A DNA stretch of 64,000 bases from Octopus bimaculoides (taxonomy: Eukaryota), in assembly GCF_001194135.2 (NCBI RefSeq), contig NC_068989.1, forward strand, positions 41,491,586-41,555,585. Direction: 5' to 3'. Numbering within the stretch: the stretch's first letter is position 1; every line of letters starts with the position of its first letter. This document shows, piece by piece, positions 35,703 to 48,752 of this stretch. The notes below the pieces were generated by a model that made no database searches, was not told the origin of the DNA, and was given only the letters and a program-made list of their open reading frames with translations. The position numbers and the translations under genes are program-made.

Positions 35703-37350
35703 TCCACCACTTGGAGGTAGTTCAGGTTTGGTGTAAGGTGTCTTGGTTGTATGTGGAAGATGAGGGAAGAATGAAGAGCAGCAGTGTTCACATAGGAGTG
35801 GACATTGTTGTTGGTGGTGGCATCCATTTTATTGATGTACAAAGATAAGAATGTGTCCACCAAATTTGGGAAACACCAGAGTTGGTAGTGTGAATCAGAG
35901 AGCTCTACAGTAGTTTGATGAGACAGAAAAACAACCAATCTGAGAAGTGAGAGACAAAAGAAACTCATGAGCAGGTTGTTTGGCTTTAAAATTGGCAAGA
36001 TAAATATGGCCAAATGTTTTGCTAATGTAAAGCACATTAACATTATTTCCCCCCAAAATTACTGAAGGAGATGAGCTCACTGATGAATGTTAAAGACAGA
36101 GTTAAGTTTCCTGTTGATGTCGCTTGTGGAAGCTGTATTTGCAGTGGTTAATGAGGAAGTAAGGTTGAAAGTGTTGGAGATGGTTCACCCAAACATGCTT
36201 CCAAAAATTGGGACAGATGTCTGCAGAGATTGATTGGCAGGTTTGGTGAAGATGAGGGATAGCTTTGGGGTACATTGTTTGAAGATAAAGAGCCTTGTCT
36301 ATGCTAGTGGCCTTGTTGAAAGTGCTTTGACACTTTTACTAGCAGTGGAGAATAGGATTGAATAGGAAGAGTATCAGAGGAGTCTTAACTAATATAAAGT
36401 CAGAAGTAGTATGGAAAGTGAATGCTTTCTGAACCGTCATTATTGAGAAATGAAAAGTAGGGCATACCACAAAGTTGGTAAAGATTAGTTGTAGTTTGGG
36501 AGGCAAGAAAGCTTGTGGACATGCAATATACAAAGACAAATTTTGCAGTGTGGTGATGGGTAAAAGTCAGTTGTAAGAGTATATGATTTTTTTTCTAAGC
36601 AATGTAGACTGTATTATTAACCTGAACTGCTGTAGTGTTACTTCTGAATGACCCATTTAGGATATAGAGGAACATAACTCAAAAGAAGGTTTCAGTCACC
36701 TATTTAACTGATGTATCAGGCAGGGCTGTGAAGTCGAAACAAAAAACTTCGACTTTGACTCCTTTTTATGTAATTAAGTGATTGTGGTCTACATAACTCA
36801 TAAAACATATGCATACCTTTGTACTTTGACTAGGCCTATATGTTATAACTAGCTTATATTAAAGAATAAAGATATTGTGAGTTGGTCTAGTTTTACCAAC
36901 TCTGATTCCCCCTTAATTGTTTCCGACTCCATGACTCTAACTCCACAGCCCTGGTATCAGGAGTAAAACATGCACTGGTATAGAACAGGTAGAGTTCTGA
37001 TCAATTAGCAGGTTTAAAAGCACATTGGGGTTATATACTATGTGGGTATATGGTGGTTGGGAACAAGTCAGTGTGAGAGATAGAGGTTGAGTTTGGAGGT
37101 AAGAGATGAATGGTTTTAGGGGTGTCATTGTCAGTTGGGGTGAAACTAACAGTTGTAGGGAATGAAGGATTGTGGAATAATTGGTTTCCTTACCAGCAGT
37201 GTCAGTGTGGAAAGAGTTGTGAACATTGAAGTCACTATGAATGGTTACTTCAGAGAGGAGTGAAAAATCACATATAAATATTTTATTGTTCAATTGAAGA
37301 CTGTTCAGTGTCCAGAAGTATCTCATTTGCTTCCCATATAATTCATTAGG
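35703..37350 (-). mobile_element. CR1-like LINE remnant (APE plus RT), interrupted by a hAT MITE
   Basis: APE-like SEVTIHSDFNVHNSFHTDTAGKE..ILHSLQLLVS at 36960-37350; RT-like FWKHVWVNH and FLSLYINKM..NNVHSYVNTAALHSS at 35700-36500. Confidence 0.75.
36721..36953. mobile_element. hAT MITE with perfect 8-bp target-site duplication
   Basis: TIRs CAGGGCTGTG(A/G)AGT; TSD GTATCAGG at 36713-36720 and 36954-36961. Confidence 0.9.
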
Positions 37351-37469
37351 CATTTACTGACAGTAAGATCAAACATTTTATTAGTGTTTCACAAAGGCAT
37401 CTGTTTTATATTTGTGACAAGAAATAACTCCATAAATATATTTAGTCTTTTTTTATTTTTTTTATGGAT

Positions 37470-37850
37470 AGGCACAGATATGGCTGTGTTGTTAAGAAGT
37501 TTGCTTCACAATTACATAGTTTCAGGTTCAGTCCTGTTGTGTGGCACCTTAAGTTTCTTCTGTTATAGCCCTGGGCCAACAAATGTTTTGTGATTGAATT
37601 TAGTTGGCAGAACCTGCTGAGAGTCCTTAATGTGTGCATGCGTGTGTGAATGTTCATATTTTGCTTGTCACCATTTGAGTGGTGATGATGTTTACATTTC
37701 TTGTTGACTGGTCACTGTGTCTTTTTAAGACCTGTAGAATAAAGGAAATTGTTTATTTGCATAACAGGTAAGGGTTGGTGAGAGTAAGAGCATCTCACCT
37801 CAACTTTCATCCAAACCTTTGCTGGCATGGACAAATGGATGTTAAATGGA
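37470..37850 (+). mobile_element. tRNA-derived SINE (head, spacer, module B)
   Basis: GGCACAGATATGGCTGTGTTGTTAAGAAG...GCATGGACAAATGGATGTTAAATG. Confidence 0.7.
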
Positions 37851-38469
37851 ATTATCTGTGTATAATTATTGTTGTATATAATTATCACCTGGTCTGTCAT
37901 TGGGTTTCATATTTGCTCTTACAAAACTGTTTCTCTTTTCATTTCCCTTGGATAATTACTCCGTTTTTAATGCTACATAGACGTTTTATGTATTTTCATT
38001 CATCTATTATTTCCTATTAGGATAAAAGAGACAATATTTGTGATGCTTGTATATGGATCATTGTAGCAGATGTTTTCACTGATAGATGTTCTTCCAACTG
38101 CTGTCTAACGACACATCTTTTGAAGTCATTGTATCTCTTCTCTGTTGGTTATGACTAATTCTCTGATTAACAAAAAGCAATACTATGACAATGTTATGAA
38201 ATTTTTGATGTTATTTGCCGAGCCAATTTCCTCATTGAAGTTTATGGTTTTGCCAAAGTTTCAGTTTTATAAAGCTTGGCAGCCAAAAATAAGTGCTAAT
38301 ATCTGATAATTACATCACCTAGAACTTTGTTAGTCTACAGTTTCACTGAGATTGTTCTATATTCTCAGAACAATCTTGTTGCAGTAGAAGTTATACATTT
38401 TGAGCCAAACATTTGTTTAAATGTAAACAACAGATCCATCATAATCATTGTTTTAACTTCTATTTTTTT

Positions 38470-38820
38470 GCATGCTTTCAAGAGTTAGATGAAACTTGAG
38501 GCAGATTTTCTGCAACCAGCCCTTGCTGTCACTAGTCTTGATCTGTTTTCAAGCAAGGTAATATTTCACCATGGCCAGGCATGTTCTCATAAAATATTGG
38601 AAATGAATGATAGTGACAATCATTTACAACTGTCACATGATTTGAAGATAAGATGAAGACACGCACACACACACATACATGATGTGTTTCTTTCAGTTTC
38701 TGTCCACCAAATCCCCTCACAAGGCTTTGGTTGGCCAGTGTCTTTAGTAGAAGACTCCTGTCTAAAATGCCCTATGGTTGGTAACTGTAAATTTAACCAC
38801 AAAACCATTCCTACACCTAT
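38470..38820 (-). mobile_element. tRNA-derived SINE (head, spacer, module B)
   Basis: TTTCAAGCAAGGTAATATTTCACCATGGCCAG...CTTTCAGTTTCTGTCCACCAAATCCCCTCACAAGGC. Confidence 0.7.
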
Positions 38821-41800
38821 AGTGAATATGATAAATAGTAAATAAAATTATAAACCAAATATTTTTATAGATATTATGGTTGCTACTTAGAGTAAGGTTT
38901 CTGGATTACTAAGTGGATAAATGACAAATTTTTGATGGACTAGGCATTTGGGTAAGTTTGCATAGCATTGAAAGAAATAGTTTGATGTTACAGGAACTGA
39001 CCTTTTGCATGAGAAAAATTTTCTTAAGGACAGTCATATTCCACTTATATTCAAGACATGTGACCTTATCCAAACTCATGACCTCCAATTTGTAACTTTT
39101 ACTATGTACATTGTCAACAGTTCCCTTTAGCTCCTCTTCTTTTTTTTAAAATCTGAGTGAATAGGACACGATTTGAAGTAACTTGCCTCAAAACCTGGTG
39201 CCTGTTCTTTAGTCAGATTAGGCACTGGCATGTCTGTGTTGTGAAGATGTTTGCTCTGTAGTCAAGTGGTTTCTCATTCAGTCCCCTCTGTGGTACCTTG
39301 GCCAAATGTTTCCTATTATAGCCAACCAATGCTTTATGAGTGCATTTAGTTGACAAATTGCAAGGAAGCCTTTCATATTGCATGTGTGTGTGTGTGTGCA
39401 TGCCTACGTAAATGTTACTTCAGCATTTCATCATTTAGGACTGTCTGAGCAAAAAGATAGTGACATTATTTATTTTCTTCAGTAGTTTAGTAGACTGGTG
39501 GAATGGAAAAATAAACTAACTTGAAAGACAACTATAGTTTCATTTAGAAAATCCATTACAATAAAGTCTTGTCTAACTCATCGTAGTGAAGAAAAAGGGA
39601 TGTGAAAACAATTAAATATTTAACTTCAGAAATGATTCCTAATATGCTTTTAAACTAGAATTTGGATTTGGGGTTTGTGCAATTGTAATTCTGAATTAAA
39701 GTGAATCGCTATTAGAAAACAGAAAAATTGCCTGCAATTTGTTGATTTTAATTTTTAAAGTAATACAATGATTTTGGAGAGAGAACTGTCTGGGGGCAGT
39801 TATTTTGTATCTCACTGTTGTTAAGTTTATGTTGTTGCCAATCTGTTACCCTGGTCTGTTTATAAATCTTATTAACAACCTGCACCTAACTTGTCTTGAT
39901 GAATTACAAATAATTGTCTATTACTACATAGGTTGATGGTAGAAACCATTAATGTGGGAGCACTACTGGGCTTATCAGTTTTGAGTTTATCTGATAGAAC
40001 AGGAATTACAATGTCCTGTCAGCTGGAGGGTTGTGAGGACATCCTGGACAAAACACTGAAATTCTATCCACAGGTTTGGTCAGAGCTGTTAATGACTTCC
40101 TGATAGCCGCAGCTGGTTAACTGATGTTATAGCTGTGTAGTCAAAGTAGTGACCCTTATGAAACTAGAATCAAATAGGAACATTTTTTTTAGACATGGTG
40201 TTGTATGCTTGGACAAGCAAAGCTACATTAGCTATATTTCTATTTGGCACCCATTATCATATACTGAAGTGACTGAGATAAATATAAAAAATGCAGACAT
40301 TCCTTCTCATGTCTTGTTCTATTCAGGAAGTAAAAAAGATAAGTTTCTCTCTTATCAGTTTTTGTACCCACACCCTAGTATATTTAATCATGATTTGTCC
40401 TTATTCACTTCATTCTGTTTGTCTCTGTCTTCTAGGACCCTATTGACTCAACTGTCCAATATTTTCCTGAGATCTTTTGAAATAAATGCAATGACAAGGC
40501 ATTTTCTCTTTTTCTTTCTCATTCTAGAATTACCTGAAAGGAAAGATCACATTTTTAACTAAACTTTTTTAACTTCTCTGTCTTCTCTCTTTATGATGTT
40601 CTAGTTTATTCTTCAGATCTTTATTTGGTGTCCTTTTATTAAACTGATTTAGCTACAAACGTAAACCATCATCTATCAAATGGTGTTTGATATATATGTA
40701 TATTTTTATTTCCCTTGGTTATTACATGTTTTTCTATGCTAACATGGGCTATATGAATATATTGAGGACATTTTTTAAAGCCAGATGCTTTAATCCTTGA
40801 TGATCTCTTTTTCAAGTGAAAGATTTCTTATTTTACATATGTCTTCAAAGGTGCCAAGCAAGCAAACAATTTATTGACAGGATGAGCGACTGCACAACCA
40901 TTTGTAATCCACAGCTGTCATTTAGCACAATTGTAGACAAACACACAGACCTGCATATATATGCACATACAATGAGTTTCTATATTTCTATCTACCAAAT
41001 TTACTTACAAGGCTTTGGTCAAGCCATGGCTCTAGAGGAAACAGATGCAAAGGTGCTGTGCAGTGGAACTGAATCCACAAATTTCTGGTTGGGAAGCAAA
41101 GTTTTTAACCATGCAGCTATAAGGCTTTTCCTTTGTTTTGCAGACTTTTTATGTTGATATTTGATTCTTATATTGTAAGACTTATGAATAATGGATGTTT
41201 TGTGTCGCCCTCTGTTCTATTTTCGCCATACAACTCTCTTCATTGTTTTCATTCTTCACTGTTCTCATTCTAATCTGTCTTTTTTTTTGTTGGACTGCAC
41301 CATTTTTTGTTCTCAGATCTTAATAAATAACTAATCTATTTGGTTAATTCATAAGTGATAATGTGTTTGTTGTTGGCTTTTTTTTTTCGCTTACGGAAAC
41401 GAAAATCAAAATCAAAAGCAGCACTTTAATAGTAGTAGCTATAGGAATAGTAACGGCGATAAGAAAATGCTCAAGTATTCTTGAATCTAGTGAAAATTCT
41501 CATATGTTATTGTTAGACAGGTGCTGATGAGTTCTGAATCTAGCAGGTAGCCTTTGTTTTTAGTAAATTCTGTTGTCTTTTTAGTTATTAATAAGTAATA
41601 TCAGTATTTCAGGTCTTTTTTCTTTATTATGAGCATTTGTTTTTAGCTGTGAGTCATCACCAACTCACTAAAACCGACATACTAAATACTGTCAATAACA
41701 TTTTTATATTTTCATATTCATTTTCTGTTCTATATTAGCAGCTAGTTGACACTATCGAGTATTATCAGGTTATCTTCTAGTCAATCTATGGTAGCTGAAG

Positions 41801-42507
41801 CTTGTGTATATACATTAAAATAGCCATCTATGTACTATGCTTAACATAAATACACCATTGACTGGCAAGATACTGTAGTTTGCATCCAATAAAATCTCTT
41901 GTAGATGTATTGTTTTAAATATAAACCATATGTATTGTAGGAAGATGAAAAATTGTACCAGCAGCAGCAGCTTATGAGAATACCAGATGCATTTTGGCCT
42001 TCTTGGACCTTGTCAATGTGTACTCACAGCCAACCTCATGCTTAGATGAAATTTGTTTTCTCTGATGTATGAAACAGTGAATAAATACATGCATTGATGT
42101 TGCAAGTAGCCACTAGGCTGAATAAACAATGCAGTGTATGCAATAGGAGCAGTATTAAATTAGTATAGCCATCCAGGTATCATACTTAATGTATACACAT
42201 TATTTACAAACAAGATATTGCAGTTTTTGTCTTGATAAAGTCTCTTATAGGATGTACTGTGGTATTGATTTTTGTGCTTGATTAATGAGTGATATATTGT
42301 TATTGATTTTTGAGCACTATTAATGAACGAAATAATGCTTAGTTTGTTAAAGATTGAAAGAAATATGACAGAAACAAAAGATATAAAACCGTTTACCAAA
42401 TTGCTTTGTAAACTCCTAATCATGAAATCTTCAATTTTGTCTTAAGAATTTCTATTCTTGTTTACAAGATTTTTGATATTGTCCTTTCAAAATCAGGACA
42501 AGTAATA

Positions 42508-42721
42508 TTAAACCATTAATGCATAGCGTCCAGAAAAATGGACACTAGAAAAATTACTTTTGTTTGTTAAGTGAACTACCTATTGAGCTTATTTTTGGTA
42601 TAGTCTGTCTCTAAACTGTTGCTCTATGAGTGAGCAGGCGCTGTGTACAAACAAACCAACTACACACATGTACGAAACAAGTTGTGTCCATTTTCCTGGA
42701 CACTATGCATTAATGGGTTAA
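42508..42721. mobile_element. TTAA-flanked MITE, family P2, 38-bp inverted ends
   Basis: TTAAACCATTAATGCATAGCGTCCAGAAAAATGGACAC versus reverse complement TTAACCCATTAATGCATAGTGTCCAGGAAAATGGACAC (3 mismatches). Confidence 0.85.
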
Positions 42722-43694
42722 ACTGGCTACAAAGCAATGACCTCTTTATCAGTTATCTAGGTTTTCTCTTTGATTTTTATTTACTGTTGTTACAATAGCT
42801 GGTCTCACCAGGAACTACTTGTTATCAAGTAGCAACTTGGAATAGGGACTCTAGGAATTCAAGCAGTAGCATTCTGTTGACATTGTTTCTTGTTCCAACT
42901 TCTGTTTTGTGCCTGTCTTAACTCTTTTAATGTTAACCCACTTGTGATCACCCATGGTTCTATGATATAAGCTTCTTGTGTTAAAATTATCTAAATTAAA
43001 ATCTATCAAAATTTCTTGTTAATTTATGTTCAGCTTAATAATGAGTTACATTACCAATTTCAAAATTAATTGAAACAAAAGCTGTGTATTTCAACAGAAG
43101 TATGTAACATAAAGGTTGATGGATCTTGTACCTTTCATGCTTTTAGGATACCATTATGGACCATCCAATTGTGAGTTTAAACTTTGAATGTAGGAGTTAA
43201 GTCTAAGAATGTGAACCTTATTATAACATGATATCAAAGTGATGAATCATATTTCTTGATTTTGCTTTAAATTATCAGCATATTCATTGATGTTAATCAA
43301 CCGCTTTAATGTCCAAGGCAAATAGGATGAATTTACTTATTACTTGCCATGTTTTTTTTTCTCCCCTATGTAATTAAAACTAAAAGTAATATATAGATTT
43401 CTTTTTGTTTTCCTGTTTTTAAAGGAATGCTTGATGAAAACTTGAGATACATGGCATTTGAGTCACACATAGCTCTCATATGTATCATTGGCAATGTGAT
43501 AGCGGAATCACATGTGACTCTCAAAATAGTAATGAGGTTAGAAAAATTGAGCTTGGGCAGAGATATTGAGGGTCAGTGGAATTGAACAGGTGCATAATTA
43601 TTTTGATAGGAACGCATTACTATTAGAGAGCAAAATTATGAACTACAGTAGATTTTAAAATGAATATGAACTTTCCATATTCCATTTCCTTGGT

Positions 43695-43729
<35 letters not shown>

Positions 43730-45399
43730 TTTTTATGTATCATGACCAGGGGATAGGATGAGGAGTATGGTAGGTTGGAGAAAAAGTGTGTGGTTTCCTC
43801 CCTTAACAATAATTTGTGCTTGTTTACTTCTTGGTTTTCTTCCAAAATACATTCGCACATTCACCATAAAACTGTATTCGGCCTGCCAACTACTTTTGTG
43901 CTGGTGGCCTGCATTACTGTGTGTAGTTTGTAAGATTTGTTGATTTCTGCCTCGATCTATTTTTTATTGATCTGTATTGGTAAGAGGAACCTTCTGGGGC
44001 CAATGGCGTGAAAGAATCCATAACTCTACAGAAATATCAGAACTCGATGTTGTAGTTGAAATCTGTGAGTACACAGTTGTTGTAAATTTAGTTATTCCAG
44101 AAAGGGTTTTTTTTTTAACTGATCTGTCTGAAACTGCCCCTGGTTCTCTTGATACAAACTTCTTGTTTTTGTGGTGATAAAGAGGTGAGTTTCACATCAG
44201 AAATACAATAACAAAAGGATTAAAGCACGATTGTTGCATTGTTGGGTTTCTGGTTTCATTAGACATGTAATTAGGGATAAGTGTGAAGGTCTTTATAATG
44301 GACTATAATGTAAAATAGATGGAGGAAATTCAAACTTAGTGAAGTGTTGTTTAGCTTCCCAGTCAGCCCCAGCAAACAAATCTGTGATCAAAGATATTCC
44401 AGCTTTGACAATCTCACCTTTCTCCTGCTATTTAGGATTATGTTATCCAATGTGTCCTTTCCTTCTTTAGGATAGTACCAAGTCATTTGATGGTTGATTT
44501 GGCAGGTTGGATGACCACACTGAAACTCCTTTGTTGGCTTGTTTAAAAAAGTGTTGTGTGTGTGTGTGTGCATGAAAAGTAAGGTGTATGCTGTCGTGGA
44601 GCAGTCTTTGCTAATGAAGGCAGTACTTAAGCAAGTTCTGTACAAACTAAATTTGGGGAAATTTTTTTTTTAACATAAAGAGACCAAAAGAATAAATACT
44701 GGGGTTGATTTTGATTGACATACAGAATTCAAGGCAGTGCTCTACTACAGCTGTAATCTAGTAGCTGAAACCAGTAAAAGAGTGAGTTAGGAAAGCGAGT
44801 GCATATCAGAGCTATTGGTTGATATATGCAAAGTAGATGAGTGTAAGAGTGAGTCTTGAGAGAGTGCAAGTGGTTAATGTATTTTGAATAATAATAATAA
44901 ATAAAGATGTAGCATGTGTTGATGGTAGAAAGTTGCAGGGACTGATGTTAGAGCCTAGAAGACACTAGACAAAAGTAGCGGATCAAATATGTGAATGGTA
45001 TTCATGTGTGTTGTGTACATACCTATGTCAGCATAGAAAACGAGAATATTAGAGCAGAGATGTTGATTATTATGATGATTAATATTTGATTAGTATGGAA
45101 ATTCGATGAGTGACTCTACATTAAATCAATAACTTTATTGAAAAGAATTCTATATAAGAAGTAATTAGCTATATTTTATTACTTTCTCCCCCTTTCTAAA
45201 AATTTTCTTTTCCTAAATAAAAAAAAAAGATACCATTGAGTATTGTTAAAAATAATACAGATTGTATTTGATGTTATAGCTATAACAAGTGAAATATATT
45301 TTATACTAGTTTCATAAAGTTGCCTTTGGCCCACAAACATGATATTTCTCTTCTTTACTCTCTGCCTTTCCTATTGCTACTTTAATAACCACTGCTCCT

Positions 45400-45660
45400 C
45401 AGAGCATTCTGCCCTACTCAGGCATCCTTGACCAATTCAATTCTCCTCATTATCTTTGTGTTTCCTGCCACCAGGCTTTGCACTAACCATTTCTCCCAGA
45501 TTTTCCTTTCCAGAACGTCCGTCCTCTGGAATTATCTCCTTGCTCTTGACTCCTGCTGCTGTTGTATTCCAATGGTTTAAGAACAACATTAATGGTATCA
45601 AACACATTGGTCTTGGAGGGCCTGTAAAAGCCATGGGCACTGCCCTTTCTGCCAGAGCTA
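45400..45660 (+). mobile_element. CR1-like LINE 3' end
   Basis: TRLCTNHFSQIFLSRTSVLWNYL...FKNNING resembles the CR1 C-terminus RTxxxxxSFxPRTxxLWNxLP...FK. Confidence 0.6.
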
Positions 45661-47118
45661 GCAAGTAAAAAGGATATAATTTTTCAATTAATTTATCCAA
45701 TTTTATATTAACTATTAATCATCTGTCAGAGACATGAAGCATGTCTTCCATGTCTTTGTATTCAGGCATTAAACTCAGTAGCTTCAGATTATCACAGTAA
45801 GTGGTTGTAATGAAATATACCAAAACTGGAATATTAGTATTAATAAATAAAGATAAATGGTGAATGATAGAGCAGTGGAATGTTTTATAGCGCTTTATAA
45901 CCATCCCTTAGCATTCTCAGATCAAATCCCACTCTGATTAATGATGCATTTCATTCTTCTGCAGTCAGAGTATTGGTTATATGCTGAATTTAATTGTCAT
46001 TATTCTCTCCATAGAAATTAGTACTTTATTTAGTCATTAGTGAAATTGTTTGCAGATATTGAGTTTTATCTGACATTGGTGTGCCTAGCTGTTGTCTTTG
46101 TAGTGATAGTAGGGGTGGGGGGTCATTTATTTTGTATTGTGCATTTTCTGAACAATAGTGATTGTGTTGGTTGCCAATGCTTGAATCATTGGTTTAATGC
46201 TGTTACCTTGATGAAAGTGACAAGGAAATGTCTAACTCTGCCAAAACAAATACCACAAGGTATTTTTGGTTGAGAGCATGTGGCTATCAGTTTTCTTGGT
46301 AGTGTTTAATTTTGGGTGAAAAATATACACATACATCATACACATGCTGTGAGTAAATACTAAGGATAGGCAGTTGGCATTAATAAAGTAGATTCTGAAC
46401 AAAATGTTTTATTAGTATGAGGCTATGTGTAAAAAATATTTTGATATGAAAAAAACATTTACTTACAAATGGTCTGTAGATGTATCAAAACAATGTAGGA
46501 TTGAAAGGATTCTGTAGTCTTTTCGAAGACAGCCCACACCCCTCCTTATGCCAGTACCATAATAATACACCCAGCACATACAAAGGGCATCCAACGGTGG
46601 AAACTGTGTCATGAACAGAATGTATGAGTGCAACAACATGTCTGAGAAAACAAACTGTGAAGAAGGGTTGACACAGTCCATGATGACCTATCCCAGCCAT
46701 CTCAACATATATAAAAAGTGAACATTAATGGCATGCTGTTTGTGTGGTTTCAGGTTTCATGACACAAGGCAACTGTCTTTTAACTATAGCTTTGTGTTGA
46801 CTAATGCATTTTGAGTTGAATTTTGTGGCCAGAAACTGTGCAAATGTCTGTTGTGTGTGATTATGTTTCTTAAAAATTGGTGATGTTGTTTATGTTCCTT
46901 AGCAGTTTAATAAAATAAATACCAAGCTGAAGTAAGTACTGAAATCAATGAGGATGACCAAGCCTGTACACTTGGTGTTCCAGTGTGGTCACAGTTCCAA
47001 TTACCAGTTGAAGAAAAAAAAAAAAAGTGTTGAGAATACTTCAGGTCGGTAGCTGTAGCTTGATGTAGTGACCATTAGGTCTTTTAGCACCAATCGTCAT
47101 GGCATGTGTAAAGACATT

Positions 47119-47405
47119 TCAGCGAGATCGTTGCCAGTGCCGCCGAACTGGCTCCTGTGCGGGTGGCAAGTAAAAAACACCATTTTGAGCGTGGCCGTTG
47201 CCAGTACCGCCTGACTGGCCTTCGTGCCGGTGGCACGTAAAAGCACCCACTACACTCTCGGAGTGGTTAGCGTTAGGAAGGGCATCCAGCTGTAGAAACT
47301 CTGCCAAATCAGATTAGAGCCTGGTGTAGCCATCTAGTTTCACCAGTCCTCAGTCAAATCGTCCAACCCATGCTAGCATGGAAAGCGGATGTTAAATGAC
47401 GACGA
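47119..47405 (+). mobile_element. Young RTE-tail SINE/non-autonomous element
   Basis: CpG-rich; near-identical to 60474-60692 on the opposite strand. Confidence 0.85.
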
Positions 47406-48399
47406 AAGAACCAAGCTTAATTCTCTATGAAGAACTGTGACTTTTATCATGAAATATTTAGGTTCTTGTTACAGTTGTTTTTACTTACAGCTATTATATA
47501 CTTGACATAGAGTTAGCATTACATGAGAGGGATCAGATACCAAAAATAATTTTACTTAAAATTTCAAACAAGTGATTCTAGTAACTACTGAGGCTGCAAA
47601 TTGGCAGTCATTGGAGCATTGGATACTATTTATTCCAACTGTCTGCACTCTGAGTTCAAGTCCAGCTTAGGTCAATTTTACTTTTCGCCCTTTCAGGGTC
47701 TGTAAAAATGTTCCAATTCAGAGTATTGGATTTGTGAAAATTTAAAAGCTTTGGACTGGATGTCTTGTGATATTTGTTCCAGTTCTTTCCCTTACAAGTT
47801 CAAATCCTGCCATAGCTTCCATGAGACATAGACATTAATCTGTTGCCTATTTTAATATCATCATCTGGGACCTCAGGTCCTTTTATGAATTTTGCAAGCT
47901 TTTAAGCTGAGTGTCTGATGTAAGGATGGATAACTCCCGCTTTATGCCAGTTTTAGAACCCTAACTGCTTCCCATCCTGATTATGAGATAAATAAATAAA
48001 TTGTAAAATAAACTACAAATATTTAGAAAACATTGTGGGAAATTGGAATTTGTGTCATTGTACGAGAATTAATTCCATCCTCTATTCTTATGGCAGAATA
48101 GAATGCTAAACTAGTGTACATAGTGACAAGAATGAAAATATTATGTAACAACAATCAATCAATATCCTATATATCACTCATTGATGATCCTTCACTGGCA
48201 CATGAATGCAACACATGCACTCTCTCTCTCTCTCTTTCAGCCAGTGAAGACTTTGTAGCTTCTGTCGTATAAGCTACACCTGCCCTTTAGTGTTGTTGTT
48301 AAGGGTTGCAAATGCTTAGTGAGGACCCAAGACCTGTCACTATATATTTTCATTATGAGTTCTCAAAGTGCTAAATTTTAGGCCCCTTCGAAAATAAAT

Positions 48400-48752
48400 A
48401 TTCATGATAATTTTTTGCTTTCCACCTGCACCTCTTTATTGATAGTAGTATCAAATGAATCAACCTCAGCACTTTTTTTTTTAAGCTTAGTACTTATTCT
48501 ATTGGTCTCTTTTTGCCAGACTGCTAAGTTACCAGATGTAAACAAACCAACACCAGTTGTCATGTGGTGTGGGGGACGAAAACACACATACATACAATGA
48601 GCCTTTTTCAGTTTCCATCCACCAAATCCTCTCACAAGGCTTTGGTTAACCTGAGGCTGTAATAGAAAACACTTGCTTAAGGTGCCACACAGTGGAACTG
48701 AACCCGGAACCATGTGATTGTGAAGCAAGCTTCTTACCACACAGCCATATCT
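48400..48752 (-). mobile_element. tRNA-derived SINE (head, spacer, module A)
   Basis: CTAAGTTACCAGATGTAAACAAACCAACACC...GGAACTGAACCCGGAACCATGTG...CTTACCACACAGCCATATC. Confidence 0.75.

Noticed and set aside
43696-44260. 33-nt poly(T) as the tail of a minus-strand retrocopy
   Set aside because: No TSD or host-gene similarity was seen; the adjacent sequence looks at most like a very decayed LINE endonuclease.
45437-45700. 87-aa minus-strand and 70-aa plus-strand ORFs in a GC-richer patch
   Set aside because: A third frame gives a CR1-like C-terminus, so the ORFs are incidental.
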